Assembly (NCBI RefSeq): GCF_011391645.1
Contig: NZ_JAABQC010000002.1
Span: forward strand, 726-64,725
Source: Rhodoferax sp.
GTDB lineage: Bacteria; Pseudomonadota; Gammaproteobacteria; Burkholderiales; Burkholderiaceae_C
DNA length: 64,000 nucleotides
Reading direction: 5' to 3'
In this document: in pieces, positions 42,374 through 52,344 of the stretch
Layout: every line of letters begins with the position of its first letter
Numbering within the stretch: the first letter of the stretch is position 1
Program-made: the position numbers and the translations under genes
The notes under the pieces: model-generated
What the model was told of the DNA's origin: nothing
What the model saw: the letters and a program-made list of their open reading frames with translations, nothing else
Database searches by the model: none

Positions 42374-43207
42374 ATGAAATCCTTGTTTGATATTCCGGCA
42401 CCGGCCAAGCTCAACCTTTTTTTGCACATTGTTGGCCGCCGTGCCGACGGCTACCACTTGCTGGAATCGGTGTTCATGTTGATCGACTGGTGCGACACGC
42501 TGCACTTCGAGGCGGCTCCGAACGGACATATCAGCCGGGAAGACCTGACCACACCCCTGCCCGCCGATGACCTGATTGTTCGCGCCGCCCGCGCATTGCA
42601 ACTTGCCAGCGGCACACCCCAAGGCGTTCACATCGGCATTGCCAAACATATTCCAGAGCAGGCCGGACTGGGTGGGGGCTCCTCGGATGCCGCGTCTACC
42701 CTGTTGGCGCTCAACCGTTTGTGGGGGCTCAAGCTGAGCCTGGCACAGCTCAGCCAAATTGGTTTGCGATTGGGCGCCGATGTGCCCTTCTTCTTGAATG
42801 GCCACAACGCGTGGGTGAGCGGCATTGGCGAAAAAATGACCACCATCGCGCTGCCACAAGCCAGTTTTGTCGTGATCAAGCCCGGGGATGGCCTGAAAAC
42901 CGAGCGAATTTTTTCAGATTCACGCTTAAAAAGAGATACCAAATCCTCTACAATATTGGACTTCGCTGCAAACGCATTTGGCTTTGGTCAAAACGACTTG
43001 CAAGCTGTTGCTCAGCTGCTTTGCCCCCCTGTGACACAGGCACTTTCCTGGTGTGACGAACGTGGGCTCAAAGGCAGAATGACAGGCTCTGGAAGTGCTG
43101 TGTTTGCACGGATCACGGATGATCTCGAGATTGGTCAAGATGCCGGTTTTCTGATCCGACGATGCCGGAATTTGGCAGTTCATCCACTTCAGGATTGGGC
43201 TGCGTAG
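42374..43207 (+). CDS. ispE: 4-diphosphocytidyl-2-C-methyl-D-erythritol kinase
   Basis: PAKLNLFLHI, GLGGGSSDAA, LGADVPFF and MTGSGSAVF motifs. Confidence 0.95.
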   Translation: MKSLFDIPAPAKLNLFLHIVGRRADGYHLLESVFMLIDWCDTLHFEAAPNGHISREDLTTPLPADDLIVRAARALQLASGTPQGVHIGIAKHIPEQAGLGGGSSDAASTLLALNRLWGLKLSLAQLSQIGLRLGADVPFFLNGHNAWVSGIGEKMTTIALPQASFVVIKPGDGLKTERIFSDSRLKRDTKSSTILDFAANAFGFGQNDLQAVAQLLCPPVTQALSWCDERGLKGRMTGSGSAVFARITDDLEIGQDAGFLIRRCRNLAVHPLQDWAA

Positions 43208-43246
43208 AGAGTTTTCGGTTGGACATGTCTCATGTTCAACCCGTGT

Positions 43247-43323
43247 AGGGGAGTCGCCAAGCTGGTTAAGGCACTGGATTTTGATTCCAGCATGCGAAGG
43301 TTCGAATCCTTCCTCCCCTGCCA
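43247..43323 (+). tRNA. tRNA-Gln (TTG)
   Basis: AGGGGAG/CTCCCCT acceptor stem, CTGGA-TTTTGAT-TCCAG anticodon arm, TTCGAA T-loop, 3' GCCA; canonical ispE-tRNA-Gln-prs position. Confidence 0.95.
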
Positions 43324-43387
43324 AATTTTTTGCACATGTCCACCTGAGACATGAAACTGCCACCGCGATTCATAAGTTGGGATCTCA

Positions 43388-44365
43388 ATGCACGCCGAAC
43401 AAACCCCTGATTTCATGGTTTTTACAGGCAATGCCAATCCCGTGCTAGCCAATGACATTGCGCATTACCTCAACATTGGGCTGGGAAATGCCGAGGTTGG
43501 CCGGTTCTCCGATGGTGAAGTGACCGTTGAAATCAAACAAAATGTGCGCGCGCGCGACGTCTTTGTGGTGCAAAGCACCTGTGCGCCCACCAACGAAAAC
43601 CTGATGGAACTGCTGATCATGGTGGATGCGCTCAAGCGCGCCTCTGCTGAACGCATCAGCGCCGTGATTCCCTATTTCGGCTATGCGCGGCAAGACCGCC
43701 GCCCCAGGTCCAGCCGTGTGCCGATTTCGGCCAAGGTGGTGGCCAATATGCTGCAGGCCGTGGGCGTGGCCCGCGTTTTGACCATGGACTTGCATGCCGA
43801 CCAGATCCAGGGCTTTTTTGACATTCCGGTCGACAACATTTATGCCTCGCCAGTCCTGCTCGGTGACCTGCGCCAAAAGAATTACGATGACCTGATCGTG
43901 GTATCGCCCGATGTGGGTGGTGTGGTGCGTGCCAGAGCCCTGGCCAAGCAACTCAATTGCGACCTGGCCATCATCGACAAACGCCGCCCCAAGGCCAATG
44001 TCAGCGAAGTGATGCATGTGATCGGTGAAATCGAGGGGCGCAACTGCGTCGTCATGGACGACATGATCGACACTGCGGGCACTCTGGTCAAGGCTGCTGA
44101 GGTGCTGAAGGAGCGCGGCGCCAAAAAGGTGTATGCCTATTGCACACACCCCATTTTTTCGGGCCCGGCCATCGAGCGCATCACCACCGGTGTGGCACTC
44201 GATGAGGTGGTGGTCACCGATACCATTCCCCTGTCGGCTGCAGCCCTTGCCTGCCCCAAGATTCGGCAACTCAGTGTGGCGCCGCTCATTGGGGAGACCA
44301 TCCAGCGCATTGCCAAGGGCAAGTCAGTAATGAGTTTTTTTTCTGATCAGGAAAATCTTTTCTGA
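43388..44365 (+). CDS. prs: Ribose-phosphate pyrophosphokinase
   Basis: [34 protein letters not shown] and DDMIDTAGT motifs. Confidence 0.95.
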   Translation: MHAEQTPDFMVFTGNANPVLANDIAHYLNIGLGNAEVGRFSDGEVTVEIKQNVRARDVFVVQSTCAPTNENLMELLIMVDALKRASAERISAVIPYFGYARQDRRPRSSRVPISAKVVANMLQAVGVARVLTMDLHADQIQGFFDIPVDNIYASPVLLGDLRQKNYDDLIVVSPDVGGVVRARALAKQLNCDLAIIDKRRPKANVSEVMHVIGEIEGRNCVVMDDMIDTAGTLVKAAEVLKERGAKKVYAYCTHPIFSGPAIERITTGVALDEVVVTDTIPLSAAALACPKIRQLSVAPLIGETIQRIAKGKSVMSFFSDQENLF

Positions 44366-44418
44366 TCGGATTTCTAGTCGCCGGTGCCGCCGTCAAAGGT
44401 GCCCGGTTTTTTAAATCA

Positions 44419-44443
44419 GGGTACTGCTGGTCGCGGTGGGCCC
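44419..44443 (+). promoter_or_regulatory. Leader hairpin before the rplY RBS (candidate L25 autoregulatory element)
   Basis: GGGTACTGC-TGGTC-GCGGTGGGCCC stem-loop, 3 nt before AAGGAG. Confidence 0.4.
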
Positions 44444-44458
44444 TTCAAGGAGTTAGTT

Positions 44459-45121
44459 ATGAAATTTACCGCTTTTGAGCGTTCCAAGCAGGGCACGGGT
44501 GCGAGCCGCCGTCTCCGCATCGCCGGTCGCACGCCAGGCATCGTTTATGGTGGCACAACGCCCCCGCAAGTGATCGAGGTTGATCACAACGCCCTGTGGC
44601 ACGCGCTGAAAAAGGAAGCCTTCCACTCCAGCGTCCTGACCATGGAAATTGGCGATGCCAGCAACCCGGTGCTGCTGCGCGACGTGCAGGTCCACCCTTT
44701 CAAGCAGCTCATCCTGCACGTTGACTTTCAGCGCGTCGATGCCTCGACCAAGCTGCACATGAAGGTGCCATTGCACTTCTTCGGTGACGAAAATTCGCCT
44801 GCGATCAAGACCGAAGGCTGCATTGCCAACCACGTGATCAGCGAGATTGACGTGCTGTGTCTGCCAGCCGACCTACCCGAGTTCATCAAGGTGGACTTGA
44901 GCGGCCTGAAAAAGGGCTCGTCGCTGCACCTTGCTGAAATCACCCTGCCCAAGGGCGTGTCGGTGGTCAAGCATGGCAGCGACAAAAATCCGGTGGTCGT
45001 CTCGGTGGTGGTCGTTGCGGGCGCTGAACCTGTGGCAGCCGCAGAACCTGCTGCTGACGCGGTTGCCAAGCCAGCCGCCAAAGCCGCGGCCAAACCGTCA
45101 GAAAAAGCAAACAAAAAATAA
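44459..45121 (+). CDS. rplY: 50S ribosomal protein L25 / general stress protein Ctc
   Basis: [23 protein letters not shown] and HVDFQRV motifs; AAGGAG RBS. Confidence 0.95.
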   Translation: MKFTAFERSKQGTGASRRLRIAGRTPGIVYGGTTPPQVIEVDHNALWHALKKEAFHSSVLTMEIGDASNPVLLRDVQVHPFKQLILHVDFQRVDASTKLHMKVPLHFFGDENSPAIKTEGCIANHVISEIDVLCLPADLPEFIKVDLSGLKKGSSLHLAEITLPKGVSVVKHGSDKNPVVVSVVVVAGAEPVAAAEPAADAVAKPAAKAAAKPSEKANKK

Positions 45122-45142
45122 GCCGTTCCGTGCTTAACCCAA

Positions 45143-45172
45143 AGGGCTCACCCGACGGTGGGCTCTTTTTTT
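45143..45172 (+). terminator. Rho-independent terminator after rplY
   Basis: AGGGCTCACC-CGAC-GGTGGGCTCT followed by TTTTTT. Confidence 0.75.
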
Positions 45173-45199
45173 GCCTGCAACTTGTTCAATAATGACATC

Positions 45200-45838
45200 A
45201 TGATCAGACTTTTTGTCGGACTGGGCAATCCGGGACCGGAGTACGAGCAGACCCGCCACAACGCCGGTCTTTGGTGGCTGGATGCGGCAGCGCGCGAACT
45301 CAAGGTCGCTCTTGCTCCCGACAAAAGTTTCCACGGTCTGGTTGCACGCACCAGCGTCAATGGCCAATCAGTCTGGCTGCTGGCGCCCCAGACCTTCATG
45401 AATCTAAGCGGCAAATCAGTGGCCGCGCTGGCCAACTTTTTCAAGATCGCACCGCAGGAGATTTTGGTGGCGCATGATGATCTTGACATTGCGCCCGGCG
45501 AGGTCAAGCTCAAGCTCGGTGGCAGTCACGCCGGCCACAACGGCCTGCGCGACATTCATGCCCAATTGGGCGCTGACCAATACTGGCGGCTGCGCTTGGG
45601 TATTGGCCACCCCGGCAGCAAGGCCGAGGTGCTGCACTGGGTGCTGAAAAAACCATCGCTTGACCACCGCATTGCCATTGACCAGGCGATTGATCGCACC
45701 CTCAAGGCGCTGCCTGATTTTTTATCCGGCAATATGGAACAGGCAACGCGCGTGGTGCACACCAGCAAACCACCCCGACCCAACAATCCCAGGCCAGTCA
45801 CCAACGCAGAAACGCCACCGGCAGACGGTGGCACGTGA
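45200..45838 (+). CDS. pth: Peptidyl-tRNA hydrolase
   Basis: VGLGNPG, TRHNAG, FMNLSG, HDDLD and GHNGLRD motifs. Confidence 0.95.
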   Translation: MIRLFVGLGNPGPEYEQTRHNAGLWWLDAAARELKVALAPDKSFHGLVARTSVNGQSVWLLAPQTFMNLSGKSVAALANFFKIAPQEILVAHDDLDIAPGEVKLKLGGSHAGHNGLRDIHAQLGADQYWRLRLGIGHPGSKAEVLHWVLKKPSLDHRIAIDQAIDRTLKALPDFLSGNMEQATRVVHTSKPPRPNNPRPVTNAETPPADGGT

Positions 45839-45880
45839 TACGCTTCGCCATGCTTCCCTAAGGGAGCAAGGGGGGTTCTG

Positions 45881-46276
45881 ATGAGAAAATTTTGTCTGCC
45901 GGTCTTGTTCCTGATTGTTGGCGTCGCATTCACCTGGCGCGTTCAGGCGCAACCCATCTACCGTTGTGGGAACACCTACAGCCAACTCCCCTGCCCGGGC
46001 GCCTTGCCGATGGACCTGAGCGACGCGCGCCAACCAGAGCAAAAAACACAGACGCAAGCTGCTGCCTTAACCGATGCCAGACTTGCCAAAACCATGGAAC
46101 AAGACCGGTTGGCAGAAGAAAAACGTCTGCTGGCAGCCAATCAGGCGCCCCCTGAGCAACCCAAACGGGTTGACGCAAGCAAGGAACAAAAGACCAGTGG
46201 CGCTGAAATCGCAGAAAGCGGCAAGAAGAAGGTGCCGAAAAAGAAATCGAGGAAGAAGGGCAAAAAGCCCGCCTAA
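45881..46276 (+). CDS. Hypothetical exported protein (DUF4124-like N-terminus)
   Basis: Signal peptide ending VQA, IYRCGNTYSQLPCPG, then a coiled-coil and a Lys-rich tail. Confidence 0.65.
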   Translation: MRKFCLPVLFLIVGVAFTWRVQAQPIYRCGNTYSQLPCPGALPMDLSDARQPEQKTQTQAAALTDARLAKTMEQDRLAEEKRLLAANQAPPEQPKRVDASKEQKTSGAEIAESGKKKVPKKKSRKKGKKPA

Positions 46277-46282
46277 GTCAAC

Positions 46283-46552
46283 TCAGTTCGTTTGAACGGG
46301 CGCGCCTTGCGCTTGCAGACGGCGGAATTTTTGCCACAAAGTTTCTTTGTCTTCGACAAAATCCGGGTTGACCGGGATGCAATTGACCGGGCACAACTGC
46401 ACGCATTGCGGCTCGTCAAAGTGACCGACGCATTCGGTGCACTTTGCCGGGTCAATTTCATAGATTTCCTGACCCATGTAAATGGCATCATTGGGGCATT
46501 CGGGCTCGCAAACATCACAATTGATGCATTCATCGGTGATCCACAGGGCCAT
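46283..46552 (-). CDS. YfhL-family 2[4Fe-4S] ferredoxin
   Basis: CINCDVCEPECP and CTECVGHFDEPQCVQLCP motifs. Confidence 0.9.
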   Translation of the reverse strand: MALWITDECINCDVCEPECPNDAIYMGQEIYEIDPAKCTECVGHFDEPQCVQLCPVNCIPVNPDFVEDKETLWQKFRRLQAQGAPVQTN

Positions 46553-46600
46553 AAGCGCAGTCAGTCAAAGGTAACAAGGCCCTGATTTTAAAAGTCTGGC

Positions 46601-47056
46601 TTATTCCGTGTCGTCAGCATTGACTTGCTCAGCACCCTTGACGATCATCACCGGCACGCCGGCGGCGTGCAGCACTTCGTTGGAGACCGAACCCAACAGC
46701 GCGCTGCGCAGGGCGCTGGTTCCGCTGGCGCCCATCACCACCAGGTCGCAACTGTAGTTTTCCAGAATATCCACCAGGGTGTGCGCAGGGTCGCCCGAGG
46801 CCACCTCGACTTCGTAACTCAGGCTTGCGGCGTCAAGCAGCACCTTGGCGGCATTCAGGGTGTTGGCCCCGGCCGCGGCGCTGACCTGCTCGATCACCTG
46901 GGGGTCATGTGCCACCATCAACTCGTACAAAGTGGCAGGCTCCTGCACATTGGCCAGCACCACGCTGGTCTGCAGGCCATCGCCAGCCATGCGAATGACA
47001 AAACGCACGGCTTCGAGGGCCAGTGCCGAACCATCAAAAGGCAAAAGAATCTTCAT
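46601..47056 (-). CDS. Universal stress protein
   Basis: ILLPFDGS, GDPAHTL and LVVMGASG...LLGSVSNEVL; start at ATG 47056. Confidence 0.9.
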   Translation of the reverse strand: MKILLPFDGSALALEAVRFVIRMAGDGLQTSVVLANVQEPATLYELMVAHDPQVIEQVSAAAGANTLNAAKVLLDAASLSYEVEVASGDPAHTLVDILENYSCDLVVMGASGTSALRSALLGSVSNEVLHAAGVPVMIVKGAEQVNADDTE

Positions 47057-47072
47057 TTTTTTCTCCAAAAAT

Positions 47073-47579
47073 TCAAACGTTGCGCCCCGCCAGGCTGCGC
47101 ACTTTTTCCAGCAGGCGCTGGTTGACCCCCGGCGATACAAATTTATCCACTTCACCGCCCAGCGTGGCAATCTCGCGAACAAAAGTACTGGAAATAAACT
47201 GGAACTTGTCGCCTGGGGTCAAAAATACGGTTTCCACATCGGGCATCAGGCTGCGGTTCATGCCAGCCAGCTGGAACTCGTAATCAAAATCGGTCACGGC
47301 GCGCAAGCCGCGCACCATCGCCCTGGCACCGCGCGTCACCACAAAGTCCCGCATCAAACCGTCAAAACTTTCCACTTTGACATTTGAAAAAGCCTTGACA
47401 GCCTCTTGCGCCATGGCCATGCGCTCCTCCAGTGAAAACATGGCCTTTTTGTGGTGGCCGACCGCCACCGCCACGATCACATGGCTGAACAACTGGGCCG
47501 CGCGTCGGATCACGTCTTCATGGCCCAGCGTGATCGGATCAAAGGTGCCGGGATATACCGCAATCAGATCATTGGCCAT
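47073..47579 (-). CDS. coaD: Pantetheine-phosphate adenylyltransferase
   Basis: YPGTFDPITLGH, RGLRAVTDFDYE and ISSTFVRE motifs. Confidence 0.95.
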   Translation of the reverse strand: MANDLIAVYPGTFDPITLGHEDVIRRAAQLFSHVIVAVAVGHHKKAMFSLEERMAMAQEAVKAFSNVKVESFDGLMRDFVVTRGARAMVRGLRAVTDFDYEFQLAGMNRSLMPDVETVFLTPGDKFQFISSTFVREIATLGGEVDKFVSPGVNQRLLEKVRSLAGRNV

Positions 47580-47615
47580 GGGAAATAGAGGGAGTGAGTT
47601 GACATCCGTTCATTA

Positions 47616-48263
47616 TCAACCCGCTGGCGCTGGCGTTGGATCAAGTCGCTTGAGCAGGTGCGCGTGCACCAAGCCCGCCTTGAGGTGGCGGTGCTCCTGC
47701 AAGCCCATGCCTTGCAATTCGGGCTCCGTCCAGCGCTTCGGGGCTTCAAGGTAAACAAAACCGGCAGCTGTCAGCGCGGGTGCAGCCGCCTGCACCGCCG
47801 ACGCAAACAGGTTCGAGTCAAACGGTGGATCCAGAAAAACAAGTTCCAGGCTGCCGGGTGCCGCATGGCGCAACGCCGCCACCCCGTCCCCGCGAACCAC
47901 CTGCACCGCAGTCGCCTTGAATTGCTCCTGCATCCGCTTGAGTTGCGCCACCAGTGCGCCATCCTGCTCGACCAGCAACACTTGTTCGGCGCCGCGTGAG
48001 GCGGCTTCAAAGCCCAGCGCCCCGGTGCCGGCAAACGCGTCCAGGCAGCGCCAGCCGCTCAGGTCTTGTCCCAGCCAGTTGAACAGGGTTTCTCGCACCC
48101 TGTCAGGCGTTGGGCGCAGACCGGGCTTGTCGGCCACCTGTAACTTGCTGCGTTTGAATTGACCGCCGATGATGCGAACTTCATGGCTTTGCACCGCCTT
48201 CGGGCGGCTCGGGCGCAAGCTTCGTGGCTGGTCTGGGGATGGAGGTCGCTTCATGCGCCTCAT
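47616..48263 (-). CDS. rsmD: 16S rRNA m2G966 methyltransferase
   Basis: RIIGG, LRPTPDRVRETLFNWL, DAFAGTGALG and DPPF motifs. Confidence 0.9.
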   Translation of the reverse strand: MRRMKRPPSPDQPRSLRPSRPKAVQSHEVRIIGGQFKRSKLQVADKPGLRPTPDRVRETLFNWLGQDLSGWRCLDAFAGTGALGFEAASRGAEQVLLVEQDGALVAQLKRMQEQFKATAVQVVRGDGVAALRHAAPGSLELVFLDPPFDSNLFASAVQAAAPALTAAGFVYLEAPKRWTEPELQGMGLQEHRHLKAGLVHAHLLKRLDPTPAPAG

Positions 48264-48282
48264 CTTACCTTCGGGGAGGGCC

Positions 48283-49653
48283 CTATCGTGCCGCGCCAGC
48301 GCCGCCCAGCACCACGGTCACCATCCGGTCGGGCTGCAGCTTGCGCTGGAATGCCGCCTTGATGTCAGCAACCGTGATTTTCTGCACACGCTGCGTCCAG
48401 TGGTCGAGGTAATCCAGGGGCAACCCGTTCCAGGCGATGTTGGTCACGTTGTCGAGCAGTTTGCGGTTGCTGTCCAAGCGCAGGGCAAAGCCCCCGATCA
48501 GATTGTCTTTGGCGCCCTGGAGCTCAGCCTCGGTCGGTCCGTCAGTCACAAAGCGGGCCAACACCTCGCGCGACACCTGCAGCGCCTGATCGGCCTGGTC
48601 GGGTCGGGTTTGCAGGCCGATGGCAAAGGCACCCGCATGCAGTCCGGGTGAAAAATAACTGTAGACACTGTAGCTCAAACCCCTCTTTTCACGAACTTCA
48701 TTGGTCAGGCGTGAGACAAAGCCACCGCCGCCCAAAATGTAATTGCCAACCAGCAGGGCGAAAAAATCCGGGTCGCTGCGCTTGTAGCCAGGCTGACCCA
48801 GCAGCACGTGTGCCTGGGCCGAATCAAAGGCGATGCGTTGCTCGCTGGCCCGGCTCAATGGCGCAACCTCAGCCACGGCAGGCAGCGCCGGGCAAGCCGC
48901 CGCTTTGGCATCGACGGGCAGCCGGGCCAGTAGCTGGGTGACCAAGGCATCGGCCTGGCTGCGATTGAGCGCGCCCACCAGTGTGACCTTGGCGCGACAC
49001 GGTTGAATCAACTGCCGGTGAAGGGCGGCCATGTGAACCACCTCAATGCGCTTCAAGCTGTCCTCCGTCATGTCGTACCCGTAAGGATGCGATCCAAACA
49101 CGGCCTGGTCAAAAGCGCGCTGGGCCAGCGTGGCCGGTCGGGTGTTGGCTTCCTTGAGTGCGGCAATCATGGTTTCCCGCTCGCGCTGCCAGATGTCTGC
49201 CGGAAACGCGGGCTCAGCCAATTGCCGCGCAGCCAGATGAATCGCCTTACCGAGCAAGTCGGGGTAGGTGAGCGAGCGCAACGCAAAGCTCATGCGGTCG
49301 CTGCTGGCCTGGGCACCAAAGTTGGCGCCAAGGTCGGCCCAGGCCTCGCCCAGCGCGTTTTCATCCAGCGCAGGCTCACCGCGTGACGGGCTGGCCAGCA
49401 CCCCCATGCCGCTCAGACTGGCGGTGACGCTGGCCAGGCCGGCCTGGTTGACCGGGTCACGGCGGCTGCCAGCGTCAAAGTCAAGCTGCACATCGAGCAT
49501 CGGGATGGCATGGCTTTGCACCAGAAAAACCTGGGCGCCGCTGGGCTGGACCCAGTGTTCGATGGCAATGGCTGCCATGGCGGCATGCCCGGTAACAAAA
49601 ACAGCGGCAACTGCCAAAAAAGCATTTTTGACTATTTTTTTCAGAGTGATCAT
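48283..49653 (-). CDS. M16 family peptidase, non-catalytic partner subunit
   Basis: LGGGGFVSRLTNEVREKRGLSYSVYS; no HxxEH motif. Confidence 0.85.
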   Translation of the reverse strand: MITLKKIVKNAFLAVAAVFVTGHAAMAAIAIEHWVQPSGAQVFLVQSHAIPMLDVQLDFDAGSRRDPVNQAGLASVTASLSGMGVLASPSRGEPALDENALGEAWADLGANFGAQASSDRMSFALRSLTYPDLLGKAIHLAARQLAEPAFPADIWQRERETMIAALKEANTRPATLAQRAFDQAVFGSHPYGYDMTEDSLKRIEVVHMAALHRQLIQPCRAKVTLVGALNRSQADALVTQLLARLPVDAKAAACPALPAVAEVAPLSRASEQRIAFDSAQAHVLLGQPGYKRSDPDFFALLVGNYILGGGGFVSRLTNEVREKRGLSYSVYSYFSPGLHAGAFAIGLQTRPDQADQALQVSREVLARFVTDGPTEAELQGAKDNLIGGFALRLDSNRKLLDNVTNIAWNGLPLDYLDHWTQRVQKITVADIKAAFQRKLQPDRMVTVVLGGAGAAR

Positions 49654-49674
49654 GGATGGAATTCGGTAACGGTT

Positions 49675-51114
49675 TCAGTGCCTGGCACCAGCCAGGGTGG
49701 TGCGCGGCTTGCGCTCCTTGTTCAGGGGCTGAGGCAGCAACTGGGCCACCGTCAACTGGTCGTCACCAAAGTATTTGCTGGCCACCGCCTTGACCTGGTC
49801 TGCAGTGACCGCGCGCAGGCGCTCGATCAGGCGTTCGTTGGCATCCAGCGGCTGGCCCTGGGCCCAACTGGTGCCCAACTCGCGCGCCTGGTTAAACACC
49901 GAGTCCAGCTTGTACACGGCACTGGCCACCCACTGCGTTTTGACCCGGGCAAGCTCGGCCTCGGAAATGCCCTCGTTGGCAATGCGCGCCACCTGTTCGC
50001 GCAGCGCTGCCTCGGCTTGCTGCGTTGTTTTGCCCTGTGCCGGCACTGCTGAGAGTGTGAACAACTGCGGGCCGCGGCCCCACAGACCGTTGTCAGCGCC
50101 CGCGCTGTCGGCCACCCGGTCAGGCCCCTGGGTCAGGGCGCGCTCAAGCCGGGCGCCGCTGTAGCCATCAAGCACGGCGGACAGCACGGTCAGTGCCAGT
50201 GCGTCGGCTTCATCCTGACCCCCTTCGAACGACTGGAACGACGGCACCTTGAATGCCAGGGTCACCATGGCCTGTTCGGCTGGCGCTTTGAAGGCGATAC
50301 GTTTAAGGCCAGATTGGGCCGGCTCGACGCGCGGTTTGCGCTCGGGCAGTGCCCGGCTCGGCAGGCGGCCATAGTATTTTTCAGCCAGGCGGCGCACCTC
50401 GGCAACATCCACGTCACCGGCCACCACCACCGCGGCGTTGGCCGGCACATACCAGCGCTGGTAGAAGTCGCGCGCATCATCCGGCTTGAGCGCCTCGAGG
50501 TCGCTCATCCAGCCAACAATTGGTCGGCGATACGGCGACGCCACAAAAACAGTCGCATTCAAGGCTTCGTACATCAGTGCCCGCGGGTTGTCCTCGGTGC
50601 GCATGCGGCGCTCTTCCTTGACCACTTCAAGCTCTCTTTTGAACTCTTCGTCGGGCCACTGGTTATTGGCAAAGCGGTCAGCTTCAAGTTGCATCACATC
50701 TTCCAGCCGGGTTGAGGGAATTTGCTGGTAATAGCCGGTGTAGTCGTAGCTGGTAAAAGCGTTGTCGCGTCCGCCCAAAGCCGCCACACGGCGCGAAAAC
50801 TCGCCAGCGGGCACCGTCGGCGTTCCCTTGAACAGCATGTGCTCCAGCACGTGCGCCACGCCCGAGCTGCCATCGACCTCGTCCATCGAGCCCACACGCA
50901 GCCACAGCATGTGCACGGCCGTGGGCGCACGCCGGTCGGGTTTGACAATCAGGGTCATGCCGTTGGCCAGCGTGAACTGCTGCGCCAGGAGCGGAGCTGA
51001 CTCAGGCGCGCTGGTCACTTGTGCATTGGCGGCGGTGAGCGTCAGGCAGATCAGGGAGGCAACGCTCATTCGGGTGATACCCGCAGGTAAAAAAGAAGGT
51101 GCTTTGTGTTTCAT
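49675..51114 (-). CDS. M16 family zinc peptidase, catalytic subunit
   Basis: HVLEHMLFKGT (HxxEH), NAFTSYDYT and EERRMR; signal peptide. Start at 51114 is approximate. Confidence 0.9.
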   Translation of the reverse strand: MKHKAPSFLPAGITRMSVASLICLTLTAANAQVTSAPESAPLLAQQFTLANGMTLIVKPDRRAPTAVHMLWLRVGSMDEVDGSSGVAHVLEHMLFKGTPTVPAGEFSRRVAALGGRDNAFTSYDYTGYYQQIPSTRLEDVMQLEADRFANNQWPDEEFKRELEVVKEERRMRTEDNPRALMYEALNATVFVASPYRRPIVGWMSDLEALKPDDARDFYQRWYVPANAAVVVAGDVDVAEVRRLAEKYYGRLPSRALPERKPRVEPAQSGLKRIAFKAPAEQAMVTLAFKVPSFQSFEGGQDEADALALTVLSAVLDGYSGARLERALTQGPDRVADSAGADNGLWGRGPQLFTLSAVPAQGKTTQQAEAALREQVARIANEGISEAELARVKTQWVASAVYKLDSVFNQARELGTSWAQGQPLDANERLIERLRAVTADQVKAVASKYFGDDQLTVAQLLPQPLNKERKPRTTLAGARH

Positions 51115-51143
51115 AGAATGCAGTGATACCACGAACCCACAAA

Positions 51144-52295
51144 ATGTTCAGTTTTTTCAGAAAAAAGCCCCCTCCTCCCGCCCAGCCCGTCGTCGGCGCA
51201 GCGCCTGAAACGCTGGCCACGTCCGCCCCGATGCCGGCGCCCGTGCCAGCTGAAATCGTGCTGCCGTTTGCCGCGCCCGAGCCATCGGCCCCTGCGCTGG
51301 GACAAGCCCTGGCCACAACCCCGGCGCCGGCACCGGCGCGCACCACCTGGATTGACAAACTCAAGACCGGTTTGCGCAAAACCGGTGCCAGCATTGCCAC
51401 AGTCTTTACCGGCACGCAAATCGACGACGCCTTGTATGAAGACCTGGAAACCGCCCTGCTGATGGCCGACACCGGGGTCAAGGCCACCGAGCATTTGCTG
51501 CAGGACCTGAAACGCCGCGTCAAGGAGAGCAAGACCACCGACCCGGCTGCCGTCAAAGGCTTGCTGGTAGAGGCTCTCACGAGCCTGCTGTCGCCGCTGC
51601 AAAAGCCGCTGGTGATTGGCCGCTTCAAACCCACGGTGATTATGGTCACGGGCGTCAATGGCGCCGGCAAAACCACATCCATTGGCAAACTCACCCGGCA
51701 TCTGGTTACCGCCAACGCCAGTGTGCTGCTGGCCGCCGCCGACACTTTTCGAGCGGCTGCGCGTGAGCAACTGGGGGTATGGGCCGACCGCACCGCCGTT
51801 GACATCATCAGCCAGGACGGCGGCGACCCGGCCGCGGTGGCTTTTGATGCCATCAGCGCGGGCAAGGCCCGCGGTCGCGATGTGGTGCTGGTGGACACCG
51901 CCGGACGCCTGCCCACCCAGTTGCACCTGATGGAAGAGCTGAAAAAAATCAAACGCGTGATCCAGAAAGCGGGACCTGCCCAGGACAATCAGGGCCAAAA
52001 TTCGGCTCCTGATAACCAAGCTGCAGCGCTCCTCGCCACGCCCCCGCATGAAGTGCTGCTGGTGATTGACGGCAACACGGGCCAAAACGCCCTGACACAG
52101 GTCAAGGCATTTGATGACGTGCTGGGCCTGACCGGCTTGATCGTGACCAAACTCGACGGTACCGCCAAGGGTGGCGTGCTGGCAGCCATCGCACGCGAGC
52201 GGCCGGTGCCCGTGTATTTCATTGGCGTGGGCGAAAAACTCGAAGACCTGGAAACTTTCAACGCACGCGAATTTGCCCAGGCACTGCTGGCCTAG
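51144..52295 (+). CDS. ftsY: Signal recognition particle receptor
   Basis: GVNGAGKTT, DTFRAAA, DTAGR and TKLDGTAKGG motifs. Confidence 0.95.
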   Translation: MFSFFRKKPPPPAQPVVGAAPETLATSAPMPAPVPAEIVLPFAAPEPSAPALGQALATTPAPAPARTTWIDKLKTGLRKTGASIATVFTGTQIDDALYEDLETALLMADTGVKATEHLLQDLKRRVKESKTTDPAAVKGLLVEALTSLLSPLQKPLVIGRFKPTVIMVTGVNGAGKTTSIGKLTRHLVTANASVLLAAADTFRAAAREQLGVWADRTAVDIISQDGGDPAAVAFDAISAGKARGRDVVLVDTAGRLPTQLHLMEELKKIKRVIQKAGPAQDNQGQNSAPDNQAAALLATPPHEVLLVIDGNTGQNALTQVKAFDDVLGLTGLIVTKLDGTAKGGVLAAIARERPVPVYFIGVGEKLEDLETFNAREFAQALLA

Positions 52296-52344
52296 CCCTT
52301 GGCGGTCCGGTTATTTTTTTGCACCAACCTACACCCTCACCCTG

